This document shows, piece by piece, positions 55,177-64,000 of a DNA stretch of 64,000 bases (position 1 is the first letter of the stretch; every line of letters begins with the position of its first letter). The notes beneath the pieces were generated by a model. It saw nothing but the letters and a program-made list of their open reading frames with translations, ran no database searches and had not been told where the DNA came from. The stretch is from an uncultured Actinomycetes bacterium (GTDB lineage Bacteria > Actinomycetota > Thermoleophilia > RBG-16-64-13): assembly GCA_963706025.1 (NCBI GenBank), contig CAVPLM010000003.1:160001-224000 (forward strand), given 5' to 3'. A program made the translations under genes and the position numbers.

Positions 55177-57483
55177 GTGGTGGGTGAGACGACACAGAAC
55201 GGACGAAAGCGTCGTCGCTTTCCCCTTGCCAGCATCGTCGTGGCAGTCATCTTGTTCCTACAGGTGGCCTTCTACTTCCTGGTCGGGATAGCCGATCTGT
55301 TCTCCGTGGGAGTGCTTGGCAGCAAGCCCGCAGCTGACTTCATCGTGGAGGGCGCGCTCAGCCCCGAGGGGAGCCTACTGGTTGCTGGCGGGTTTGCTCT
55401 GGTTTTTGGAGCCTTGGGCCTAGCTGTCATGGTCGGTCTCTTCTTTGGGCGGAGATGGGCTTGGGCGTCCGCCATGACCTGGGCCACTCTGTCCCTCGCG
55501 CTTGGTCTCGTATACTACTTCCGAGGGGACCCCAGATACTGGAGCATGCTTGGGGCCGTGGTATTCGTACTGGCTCTCAACCAGGCTTCCGTACAGCGGG
55601 CATTCACCAAACAGAGCGCGCGGGTGACTCCCGCGACGGGCTCCCAGCAGAGTGACATGGTCTCGGCGCCGACGGAAGCTTCGAACCTGGAGCTGCTGCG
55701 CACCTTCGAACCCGTGCTGCGCTTCACTAAGGGAGAGCGCTTCTTTCCAACCGACGTTGAGAGATACGTGTCTCGATCGAGCCTCTGGGTGCGTCATCCC
55801 GACGGCAAGGAGGAGGTGCTGGCGAGGAGAGGTGAGCTCGACATGGAAGGGCTTGCCCGGCACCGAGAGCATGTCTTCGGTACCGTGGAGTATCTTCGCT
55901 TCAACGATACCCTGAGCGTGGCTGAAGGCGCCCGGGCGCTCTCCGAGGTGCGCCGACTACGCAAACAGGATGACGCAGTCTTTCGTCCGGGAGTGGGCCG
56001 GCTTGCCCGGGTTGGGTTTGCCCCTCGAGTAGTCGATGCCTTGTTCTCTCTTTCGCTACTTCTGAGGGGAAAGGTACATCCGGTGACGGCAGCTGCCGCC
56101 GAACTCGAATACCACCGAATGTTGCTCCAAGACCAGAGGCACCCATACTACGGCCGGGTTGCCCGCCGAGGAGGCTGGACCATACTCCAGTACTGGTTCT
56201 TCTACTGCTACAACAGCTGGCGGTCAGGGTACGAGGGGGCGAACGATCACGAGTCCGACTGGGAGAACATCCTCATCTACCTGTATGAAGAAGACGGCCG
56301 TCTTCATCCTGAGTGGGTCGGTTATGCATCGCACGATTTCCATGGCGACGATCTGCGCCGGCGCTGGGACGACCGCGGGCAGCTCGAATTGGTGGAAGGA
56401 CACCCGGTGGTATGGGCGGGAGCCGGATCTCACGCCTCGTATTTTCAGCAAGGCGAGTACCAGGCAAAGGTAGCGCTTCCCGTGCCCAACTGGATACGGG
56501 CGGTGTCCAGAGGACTGACCTTCTTTTGGACTCGCATTCTTGGGCAGGCCGGCAGAACGTCGGACCCGCTGCGCATCCCCTTTGTGGACTACGCACGAGG
56601 CGACGGAACGAGCATCGGTCCAGGCCAAGAGCACGGATGGGAGCCGGTCGTCATCGACGAGTCCACTCCCTGGGTCAGTCGCTATCGCGGCCTGTGGGGC
56701 CTCTTCGCGAACGACCCCACCTCGGGCGAGAACGCTCCTGCCGGGCCGATGTACGAGCGTAGCGGTGAGCCTCGGCGCTCTTGGTACGACCCCCTGGGGT
56801 TTGTCGGGCTGGATAAGGAGCCGACCCCGCCGGCTGCCAAAGACTTGCTTGCGCAAGAAAGCGCCCGGATCGAGCAACGTCAGCTTGACGTGGACCGGCT
56901 TATCGGACAGAGGCTCTCTGAGTTGCACGTCATCAGCGCCGAGATGCTGGCGATGGAAGGCAACCCGAATCTCCGCACCCGCTACCTCAAGTCGGCCGAT
57001 GAAACAGTCTCCGTGAGAGACGATCTCCGTCGTCTGCAGCAGGAGCTCACCGAGAATGAAGCGGTGCTCGGGGCTGTCAGGGAGAAGATGGCCACACTGG
57101 AAGAAGGCCGGAGATCCGACCCTCGGGCTCACATCAAACAGCTTGCGCAGCCTGTGCCTCAGGCTGACTTACGGCTCAATCGAGCGGCTGAGGCGTGGGG
57201 TGCGGTAAGCCTGAGCCTTATCCTGCTCGGCATCGTGGCTTTGCTGGTTCTTGCTCGCGATCATCTCTGGATCGGGCTCGTAGTCATGATCGGGGCCGTG
57301 CTGCTTCTGGAGGCGATCCTTCGGGGCCACTATGTTCGTACGCTCGGAGGCATCGCTGCGATACTTGCCGTGATCTCAGCCATACTCCTCATCGTCCACT
57401 TGTGGCTGTGGGTCATCGCGATAATCCTGGCCGCACTAGCATTGTTTCTGATGGTGCAGAAACTCCGGGAGCTGTGGAGCTAG
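55177..57483 (+). CDS. Membrane protein with central Vps62/NPP1-like domain, coiled coil and C-terminal TMs
   Basis: Four N-terminal TMs; FEPVLRF..GERFFP, YYGRV, LQYWFFYCYN, HESDWE, GSHASY, YRGLWG, PAGP; GTG start after AGGAG. Confidence 0.7.
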   Translation: MVGETTQNGRKRRRFPLASIVVAVILFLQVAFYFLVGIADLFSVGVLGSKPAADFIVEGALSPEGSLLVAGGFALVFGALGLAVMVGLFFGRRWAWASAMTWATLSLALGLVYYFRGDPRYWSMLGAVVFVLALNQASVQRAFTKQSARVTPATGSQQSDMVSAPTEASNLELLRTFEPVLRFTKGERFFPTDVERYVSRSSLWVRHPDGKEEVLARRGELDMEGLARHREHVFGTVEYLRFNDTLSVAEGARALSEVRRLRKQDDAVFRPGVGRLARVGFAPRVVDALFSLSLLLRGKVHPVTAAAAELEYHRMLLQDQRHPYYGRVARRGGWTILQYWFFYCYNSWRSGYEGANDHESDWENILIYLYEEDGRLHPEWVGYASHDFHGDDLRRRWDDRGQLELVEGHPVVWAGAGSHASYFQQGEYQAKVALPVPNWIRAVSRGLTFFWTRILGQAGRTSDPLRIPFVDYARGDGTSIGPGQEHGWEPVVIDESTPWVSRYRGLWGLFANDPTSGENAPAGPMYERSGEPRRSWYDPLGFVGLDKEPTPPAAKDLLAQESARIEQRQLDVDRLIGQRLSELHVISAEMLAMEGNPNLRTRYLKSADETVSVRDDLRRLQQELTENEAVLGAVREKMATLEEGRRSDPRAHIKQLAQPVPQADLRLNRAAEAWGAVSLSLILLGIVALLVLARDHLWIGLVVMIGAVLLLEAILRGHYVRTLGGIAAILAVISAILLIVHLWLWVIAIILAALALFLMVQKLRELWS

Positions 57484-57611
57484 TCCGACCTTCCCCGAAG
57501 TCGGCCGGGAGGCCACGGATACCCGGGGACGTATGAGGTTTGGAAAAAACTGGTTCCGGAAATTTATACCGCCAGGCGTATCCGCCAACCACGAAATGAG
57601 GAGGGAACACA

Positions 57612-58014
57612 ATGAAAAGGCCGATAGGAGTATGGATCATAGGCATCCTCGCGCTTATTGTCGCGATCCTTCGCATCTTGGGCGCGGTTCACGGCCCTGG
57701 GTGTCGGCGGGCTGGCGATGACCGGCACACTGGGCGAGGAGGCGGGGAGTCTCGGGGCAGAGGCCCTGGGGGTCGGGATAGCGTCGCTGATTAGTAGGGT
57801 CATCCTTGTCCTGATCTTTGCCCTGGCCTTCCTGGGACTGCAGCCCTGGGCCTGGGCGGCCCTGATGATCATTCAGTTGCTCACCATAGTGGTGGTAGTC
57901 GTGCAGTTCATCTTCGACGGCTTTCACTGGTCTTCGCTTACTACCATCATCATCCCGGTGATCATAGTCTTCTACCTCACCAGACCGAGAATCAGGCAGG
58001 CGTTCGGAGACTAG
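57612..58014 (+). CDS. Small four-TM membrane protein (frameshift ~57680)
   Basis: MKRPIGVWIIGILAL in one frame; LQPWAW...VFYLTRPRIRQAFG in the next. Confidence 0.7.
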
Positions 58015-58084
58015 CCGGTACAGCCGGGACCCGCGGATGCAGGATCTGACCCAAAGACCAGACTCAGAACCAGGAGGCCAAGTA

Positions 58085-58411
58085 GTGATAGTAACCACCA
58101 CATCGAGCATCGAGGGAATGAGGATCACGGAATACAAGGGAGTCGTCAGCGGTAACGCTATTCACGGCATCAATATCGGGAAAGACTTCAAGGCTATCGG
58201 ACGGAACATTGTCGGGGGACGCTCGCAGGCGTACGAGGACGAGCTCGGCAAAGCTCAGTCCGAAGCGATGGCTGAGATGGAAAGCGCCGCCGCCGATCTG
58301 GGAGCGAGCGCGGTCGTTGCCGTGAGGCTGGACGTCGAAGGCCTCGGAGCCCAGAACAACATGCTCCTGGTCAGCGTTACCGGGACTGCGGTGGTCGCGC
58401 AGCCTCTCTAG
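58085..58411 (+). CDS. YbjQ/UPF0145 family protein
   Basis: IVTTTSSIEG..ITEYKGVVSG, IVGGRS.AY, LGASAVV, MLLVSVTGTAV. Confidence 0.92.
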   Translation: MIVTTTSSIEGMRITEYKGVVSGNAIHGINIGKDFKAIGRNIVGGRSQAYEDELGKAQSEAMAEMESAAADLGASAVVAVRLDVEGLGAQNNMLLVSVTGTAVVAQPL

Positions 58412-58470
58412 GACCCGTGCCCGGGATATCGGCTCGCCCGGACACTAGACCGGCCGGGCAGAGAACGAGC

Positions 58471-58496
58471 GAGGGCCGTCCTTCGGGGCGGCCCTC
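58471..58496 (+). terminator. GC hairpin with UUCG loop after ybjQ
   Basis: GAGGGCCGTCC-TTCG-GGGCGGCCCTC. Confidence 0.6.
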
Positions 58497-58500
58497 TCAA

Positions 58501-58538
58501 TGCCGCGCAAGCGGTACCGGGGGCTCGGACCCCCCCTC
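58501..58538 (+). other. Second, degenerate 3' fragment of the same tRNA-Ser
   Basis: TGCCGCGCAAGCGGTACCGGGGG identical to 40322-40344; T-loop mutated to CTCGGAC. Confidence 0.8.
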
Positions 58539-58572
58539 AAAGCGGCTCGATCCCGAATCGCCAGACGGGGCT

Positions 58573-59283
58573 TCAGGCAGGCTCCGGTTCGGCCTTGGGC
58601 TTCCCGATCAGATAGTGGTAGAGCAATCCTCCGACGGCGCCACCGATGATGGGCGCCACGATGAACAACCAGAGCTGGGAGAGAGCCCAGCTGCCCTGGA
58701 ATATGGCCGGCCCGATGCTTCGGGCCGGGTTGACCGAGGTACCGGTCACCGGAATACAAATCAAGTGGATGAGGGCCAGGGTCAGACCGATGGCGAGCGG
58801 GGCGAAACCCTTGGGTGCGCGCTCGTCGGTGGTCCCCATGATGACGAAGATGAAGATCAGGGTGAGCACGAACTCGGCCACAAAGCCCGCGGCCAGGCTG
58901 TATCCCCCGGGGGAATGCTCGCCATAGCCGTTGGAGGCGAAGCGGTCGGCAGCGGAGAAACCATCCACTCCGCTGGCGATGACGAAGAGCACCGCGGCGG
59001 CCACGATGGCCCCGATCACCTGAGCAACCATATACGGGCCGACATCTCTACCCGGGAAGCGCCTTCCTAGCCACAGCCCGAACGTCACCGCCGGGTTGAA
59101 ATGGCCTCCCGAGATGTGACCCACGGCATAGGCCATGGTGACCACGGAGAGGCCGAACGCCAGTGCTATCCCCAGAAAGCCGATACCAAAGTCCGGGAAG
59201 GTTCCGGCCAGAACGGCGCTCCCACAACCTCCCAGAACGATCCAGAACGTGCCGAAGAACTCGGCTATCAAGCGCCTTCCCAT
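58573..59283 (-). CDS. aqpZ: Aquaporin Z
   Basis: [40 protein letters not shown]. Confidence 0.95.
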   Translation of the reverse strand: MGRRLIAEFFGTFWIVLGGCGSAVLAGTFPDFGIGFLGIALAFGLSVVTMAYAVGHISGGHFNPAVTFGLWLGRRFPGRDVGPYMVAQVIGAIVAAAVLFVIASGVDGFSAADRFASNGYGEHSPGGYSLAAGFVAEFVLTLIFIFVIMGTTDERAPKGFAPLAIGLTLALIHLICIPVTGTSVNPARSIGPAIFQGSWALSQLWLFIVAPIIGGAVGGLLYHYLIGKPKAEPEPA

Positions 59284-59600
59284 ACCCACCTCCGCTCCAA
59301 GGATTACCCGCTGGCGGCGACGGACTTGGACCGGGTCTAGCCCGCGGTCCCGACTCCGCCTCCCAACCAGTCACAGTGTAGTGGATGCGCCTCGCATTAT
59401 GGAATCCTTTGCTTGCGCGACTCTGGCCCACACTGTAGAGTCCGCCGTGTGAACGGTAGGGGTGTTCCGGAAACGACCGTCAGAGAGAATCCCATGTCCA
59501 CTTCCGAGATGGCTGCCGGCGAGCTGCCCGGCTGCGACTCACGTATCGGCCTGGCGCCAAATCCGAGGCTGGAGACCGCTGCCGAGCCCGGGGGCTCGTC

Positions 59601-60701
59601 GTGAGAACCATCTCCACGGAGATCGCGTCACCGGCACCTGCCAAGCGCTTGATCGTCGTGCGTAGCATCCACGCCGGCCGCGACCTCGAGATGTTCCTGG
59701 TCACGGCGATCGCGACGATCCTCATCGTTCGCGCCGCCCTGGCGGCCACCGGCTGGCCACAGCTCGGCGGCGGCAAGATCCACGTCGCCCACCTCCTGTG
59801 GGGCGGGCTCGGTATGCTCGTCGCGCTCATCTTGTTCATGGTCTTGCAGGGGCGGCTTTGGAAACAGGTGGCGACGCTGCTCGCCGGCATCGGCTTCGGG
59901 CTGTTCATCGACGAGCTCGGCAAGTTCATCACGTCCGACAACGACTACTTCTTTCAGCCGGCCGTCGCCATCATCTACCTGCTGTTCGTGATGCTGTTCC
60001 TCGTCGGGACGGCGATTGTCCGCTGGGTCCGCATCTCGCCACACGCGGCGCTTGTGAACGCGTTCAGCCTGGCCCAGGAGGCCGTCATCCGCGACCTGGG
60101 CGAGGCGGAGCGCACCCAGGCCCTTACGTTGCTGGCGCAATGCGACCAGACCGAGCCCCTAGTGCAGGACTTGACACAGATGTTCAGCGCCATGCGCTCG
60201 CCGGCGAAGACGCCACCGCGCTTCTATATGCGCCTCAAGACGCGGCTCCGGACCTTCTACCAGTCACTGCTCGGGAAGCGCTGGCTCAAGGCACTCGTTG
60301 TGGGCTGGTTCGTGCTCGTCGCTCTCGGCAACCTGCTCCTTGCCATTCTCGTCGTCGTTGTCGCCGCGGCGGGGGAGTCGGGCTCACTGACTCTAGACTT
60401 CTGGAGGTACGGACAGCTGGTCTCTTCCGCCATCGGCGGCGTCCTAGTGGTTGTCGGCCTGATCCGCTGGCGCAGCTCGCGTCTGGCTGCGTACCGCTGG
60501 TTCGAGCGCGCGCTGCTGTTTACCATCTTCGTCACCCAGTTCTTCACTTTCTATAACAACCAATTCACGGCCGTCTTTGGGTTGGTCATCGCGCTCCTCA
60601 CCTATGTGACGATCAGGCTCATGATCCGCGAGGAGGAAGCTCGCGAGGAGTCGCGGTCGCCACACGAATCTGAGGGGTCTGCCCCAAGCCGGCTAGACTG
60701 A
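59601..60701 (+). CDS. Hypothetical polytopic membrane protein
   Basis: TGWPQLGGGKIHVAHLLWGG, GIGFGLFIDELGKFITSDNDYF; about 9 TMs. Confidence 0.8.
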   Translation: MRTISTEIASPAPAKRLIVVRSIHAGRDLEMFLVTAIATILIVRAALAATGWPQLGGGKIHVAHLLWGGLGMLVALILFMVLQGRLWKQVATLLAGIGFGLFIDELGKFITSDNDYFFQPAVAIIYLLFVMLFLVGTAIVRWVRISPHAALVNAFSLAQEAVIRDLGEAERTQALTLLAQCDQTEPLVQDLTQMFSAMRSPAKTPPRFYMRLKTRLRTFYQSLLGKRWLKALVVGWFVLVALGNLLLAILVVVVAAAGESGSLTLDFWRYGQLVSSAIGGVLVVVGLIRWRSSRLAAYRWFERALLFTIFVTQFFTFYNNQFTAVFGLVIALLTYVTIRLMIREEEAREESRSPHESEGSAPSRLD

Positions 60702-60949
60702 GGCTATCGCGCGGGCTGGCGGCCGGCCTGCTACGGCGGATAGTCATCGACAGCGCTGGACCCCCCAGGCGAAGCCGATATCGGGGTTGTCGGCCGCGAC
60801 GAGGAAGGGATCAGAAACGCGGCGCTCAGCGGCAGACGGGGCGGCAACCTCCCCGGCCGGCCGAGTCCAGCTATCTCCGCGGCGCCATCTTTCCACCTCA
60901 TTGTCCTGCAATCGCCAATCAAACGGTTGCTCGATTCGGCGAGAGCGAG

Positions 60950-61108
60950 GTTCCACCTTTGGTTGTATTCGCTTCCGAGCCCCACTCCGTTACCCTGCAG
61001 TACCCGGTCGGCGGGGGAACGGAGGGTGAACGGGGGGTCCAAGGTGAGCACTTTCATCCTGGCAGTGGACCGCCCGGCTGAAGAGGCGGACTTCGCACTT
61101 CTGCGACA
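60950..61108 (+). repeat. ssb-element remnant 1 (upstream motif + 69-bp ssb fragment + 14-bp junction)
   Basis: GTTCCACCTTTGGTTGTATTC-N20-TACCCTGC; VNGGSKVSTFILAVDRPAEEADF coding fragment at 61026-61094; GCACTTCTGCGACA at 61095-61108. Confidence 0.88.
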
Positions 61109-61262
61109 TCCGCCTCAGCTCGCACCTCTTTATCAGACCTGCTGAGATCCTCGATCTCCTCTCAGGTAACGAACTCTCCGCGCGGCACCGACCGACTGCT
61201 CCGTATCCGCTGTCTGGCGAGGCGGTCGTGGCGGGTGCTCGTGAGTGCGGGCCCGGTCGCTC

Positions 61263-62567
61263 CTAAAGGTCCTGCCGCGCACGTGGCGGGACCAGCTTCG
61301 TGCGTGAAGGCTCGCGCACGAGAAGGAGGATCAGGATCGCGCTGAGCACCAGCAGAAGAGCGGCGGTGACGAAAGCCCTGCTGGCGCCAAAGCGGTCGTA
61401 GATCCACCCTCCCAAAAGCGGACCGATCACTCCGCCCAATGCAGCCGCTGCGGTGTAGTATCCCAGCGCTGAACCCTGGTGGGCACGGTCTGCAAGGTCG
61501 GTCACCAGTGCCTCCTCGGCGGGTATCGCGGCGGCGAAGGCCGCAGCCTCGAGCACCCACAGAACGGCCAGCGGCCAGAGCGACCGCACGAATACGACCG
61601 CAACGGTAGCCAGCGCGGCCACCACCAGCGCGGCCACGATCGGTGGGCGCCGTCCGACGCGGTCGCTGATGCCGCCCAGTCGCGAGGGGAGCACCGACCC
61701 GGCGACGGCTGCCGGCAGGAAGGCGAGGGCAAGGGCGAGCATGCTGGTCGAGACGTTGTCGAACAGGTACGGCATCAGGATCGGGCCCAGGAGCGCGGTG
61801 GCGACCGCCGTCAACACCACGATACCCATCAGGAGCCTCAACTGGCCGGGGAGGCGCCACGCTCCACCCCCGGGGGCCCTTTGATCCTCGGCAGCTCCAG
61901 GTGTCTTCTCGACGCGGCTCCCGCCTTGAAAGAGAGTCTCGGGGATCTTCCGCCATACGATCGCGGCAGCGACCAAGGTAGCGACTGCGTACCCGAGGAA
62001 GAGCAGGCGCCAGCCGCCGACGAGCGTCAGCCATCTTCCGGTTTCGTCGCCTTCGAGCAAACCGAGAAGAGCGAAGCCCACGAGAGACCCTACGAGGGTG
62101 CCGCGAAAGGCCATTTCTTCGATGCGCCCGTATTCCCTTCCGCGACAGTCGACAGGCGCTAGGTCCGACACGATGGCCAGAGCCGCAAGCCACGTAAGAC
62201 CCGATCCCACGCCCTGCGCGACCTGGGCGAGATACAGACCGCCCACCCCTGATGCGAGGCCAAAGGCAACGTTCGATAGGGCATAGGCCAGCAGGCCGGC
62301 GATCAGGAAAGGCCGCCGGCCGAGACGGTCGAGCCCGCGCCCGATGAGGGGCTGGGAGATGACCACGATCGCCGCGTAGGCGGAGAACAGCCCACCGATC
62401 GCGAGAGGGCCGGCTCCCATCCCGCGTGCGATGAGGGGCACGCCGAACAACAGCATGCCGAAAGGAAAGGACGTGAGGAACACGCTGAGCCGCAGACGCC
62501 GGAGGTGCCGGTCGTTAGCAGAGGTTCTCGCGTCGTCCGATGCGAGGGGTGCGCCCGAGTCAACCAC
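61263..62567 (-). CDS. MFS transporter
   Basis: Motif A GRGLDRLGRR and GGISDRVGRR; 12-TM pattern. Confidence 0.92.
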   Translation of the reverse strand: MVDSGAPLASDDARTSANDRHLRRLRLSVFLTSFPFGMLLFGVPLIARGMGAGPLAIGGLFSAYAAIVVISQPLIGRGLDRLGRRPFLIAGLLAYALSNVAFGLASGVGGLYLAQVAQGVGSGLTWLAALAIVSDLAPVDCRGREYGRIEEMAFRGTLVGSLVGFALLGLLEGDETGRWLTLVGGWRLLFLGYAVATLVAAAIVWRKIPETLFQGGSRVEKTPGAAEDQRAPGGGAWRLPGQLRLLMGIVVLTAVATALLGPILMPYLFDNVSTSMLALALAFLPAAVAGSVLPSRLGGISDRVGRRPPIVAALVVAALATVAVVFVRSLWPLAVLWVLEAAAFAAAIPAEEALVTDLADRAHQGSALGYYTAAAALGGVIGPLLGGWIYDRFGASRAFVTAALLLVLSAILILLLVREPSRTKLVPPRARQDL

Positions 62568-62680
62568 TGCAGGCTCCTATTCGTGTCGAATCTGTCCCGT
62601 ACTCTCTCACACTCGACTGGCCAGAGATAGCATGCAGGGAAGCGCAACCTGTGCCTCGGGAAATGGGGCTCCATTCGGGA

Positions 62681-62784
62681 TTCCACCTCGAGGTCGAGGG
62701 GGTGAACGGCGGCTCGAAGGTGTCGAGCTTCATCCTGGCGGCAGATCGCAACGCCGAAGAGGCGAACTCCGCACTTCTGCGACA
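62681..62784 (+). repeat. ssb-element remnant 2
   Basis: TTCCACCT; VNGGSKVSSFILAADRNAEEANS fragment at 62702-62770; GCACTTCTGCGACA at 62771-62784. Confidence 0.88.
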
Positions 62785-62828
62785 CTGTGTCTGCTCCGGC
62801 ACGTGCCTGTCAGTCTGTGCTTGAAGCT

Positions 62829-62963
62829 TTGATCAGCGACGCAGTGAAGTCCGCATTGGCCGAAGATGCCGAGGATCTCCAAGCGTTCGAAGAGCGTGCT
62901 TCAGAGCCCGACCTTCTGTTCGAGACCGTGGTGAAGGCTCTGAAGGCGGATGGGAAGATTTAG
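62829..62963 (+). pseudogene. 5'-truncated CopG/RHH-type antitoxin
   Basis: LISDAVKSALAEDAEDLQAFEERASEPDLLFETVVKALKADGKI*; N-terminal DNA-binding part absent. Confidence 0.7.
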
Positions 62964-63210
62964 GGTCTTCATCAAGCCCTCCGCCGTCCATGAGATCGAG
63001 GGGATCGCTGAAATGAAGCAGCGACAACGGATCGTCGCAAGTATCGGTGCCTTGAGTGACGATCGCCGCCCTCCGGGCAGCGAGAGGCTGACCGGCCGGG
63101 AGCAATACCGTGTGCGGCAAGGTGCCTATCGGATTGTCTACGCGATCGAGGACGACCGCCTCGCGGTGTACCTGGTCAAGGTGGGTCATTGAAGCAGCGT
63201 CTACCGGTAG
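62950..63210 (+). pseudogene. RelE/ParE toxin with premature stop
   Basis: RPPGSERLTG, YRVRQGAYRIVY, KVGH*SSVYR*: TGA at 63190-63192 where Arg is expected. Confidence 0.75.
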
Positions 63211-63328
63211 GTTCCATCGGCGAGTCGGATTGCGCCCGACTAGCGGAGGATCAGAGCAACGACGTCGAAGTCGTCCGCCGGCACCTTGAGGTCTTGAGGC
63301 TGGAACCAGTAAGTCCACTCTTTCGGTA

Positions 63329-63377
63329 GTTCCATCTTTGGTTGTATTCACCCAGGGCGCGCCTCCCGCTACCCTGC
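63329..63377 (+). repeat. Bipartite motif upstream of the intact ssb, shared with remnant 1
   Basis: GTTCCATCTTTGGTTGTATTC-N20-TACCCTGC. Confidence 0.85.
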
Positions 63378-63479
63378 TATCCCGGGCCGCCGCTGAAAGC
63401 TGAGGAAAGGCCGCGCGGCGGATAGGACACCATCCAATCCCGGAGGGACGAAACCAGTACTGAGAGGGAGGAAGGAACC

Positions 63480-63767
63480 ATGAACAGCGTGCACCTGATC
63501 GGCCGTCTGGCCACCGACGTGGACGTGAAGGAGGTGAACGGCGGGTCCAAGGTGAGCAGCTTCATTCTGGCGGTGGATAGGAATGCGGAGGAGGCGGACT
63601 TCTTCCGGATCAAGGCTTGGAACTCGCAGGCCGAAGCCGCGGGAGACCACTTGGGCAAGGGCCGGCGGATAGCCGTCGAAGGCTCCCTTCGTCAAGACGT
63701 CTACGAGAAAGACGGGGAGGAGCGGAAGGCCGTATCGGTGGTCGCCAAGAGGTTGGAGTATCTCTAG
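63480..63767 (+). CDS. ssb: Short single-stranded DNA-binding protein (OB fold only, no acidic tail)
   Basis: MNSVHLIGRL, FILAVDR, ADFFRIKAW, LGKGRRIAVEGSL; strong RBS. Confidence 0.92.
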   Translation: MNSVHLIGRLATDVDVKEVNGGSKVSSFILAVDRNAEEADFFRIKAWNSQAEAAGDHLGKGRRIAVEGSLRQDVYEKDGEERKAVSVVAKRLEYL

Positions 63768-63771
63768 GCGG

Positions 63772-63809
63772 AAAAGGGGCGCCGGCGGCGGATTCCGCCG
63801 CGGGCGCCC
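63772..63809. terminator. GC-rich hairpin after ssb
   Basis: GGGCGCC..GGCGGA/TCCGCC..GGCGCCC, preceded by AAAA (a U-tract on the minus strand). Confidence 0.5.
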
Positions 63810-64000
63810 TGAACACAGTCCTCGCGGGGTGCATCGTTCCAGCGGAGAGAAAGGAATGAGCGACGCTGGTAATCTGGGGTCGGAGAAGACGCCGTCTACA
63901 CCGGTGCGACGTTCGAGCGCTGCAGCAGAAGCATGGGGGTGATGTCATTGTCGGGCGCAACAGAGCAGCGGGCCCGGATACTGGCGGCCAAGCTCAATCT

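Noticed and set aside
63301-63334. Integron attC site (AAC...GTT inverted pair)
   Set aside because: Only 34 bp, it does not fit RYYYAAC/GTTRRRY, and no IntI is in the window.
63398-63462. Hammerhead-ribozyme-like CTGAGGA ... GGACGAAAC
   Set aside because: CUGANGA is not adjacent to the stem preceding GAAA, and I could not build stems I and III.
63857-64000. Short ORFs after ssb (ATG 63857 and ATG ~63942)
   Set aside because: Too short or truncated by the window edge to support a call.

Overview
High-GC bacterial window with two halves. Lineage is inferred only from gene content; an Actinomycetota (Thermoleophilia-like) origin is plausible but unverified. (1) About 0.1-33.8 kb is a cell-surface locus: DUF4330, O-antigen ligase/Wzy_C-like protein, GT4 glycosyltransferases, a GT4-TagA/WecG fusion, the pyruvyl transferase csaB and murJ, followed by nine SLH-domain proteins (M23 peptidase, amidase, SpoIID/LytB, HEXXH metallopeptidase, PI-PLC, a large probable S-layer protein, an Ig-repeat protein, two CAP paralogues). 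It also contains an ECF sigma/anti-sigma-like pair and inserted vapBC and hicBA modules. Many of these genes carry single-base frameshifts that look like long-read errors. (2) About 33.9-64 kb holds an AAA_14/DUF4143 ATPase, CIRCE-groES-groEL, rsgA, and a mosaic of transport and stress genes. That mosaic is punctuated by recombination-like scars: two 3' fragments of tRNA-Ser(CGA), a duplicated ~88-bp hairpin block, and two 69-bp ssb fragments cut at the same nucleotide and joined to the same 14-mer, upstream of an intact tail-less ssb. No integrase, transposase, CRISPR array, rRNA or complete tRNA was seen.
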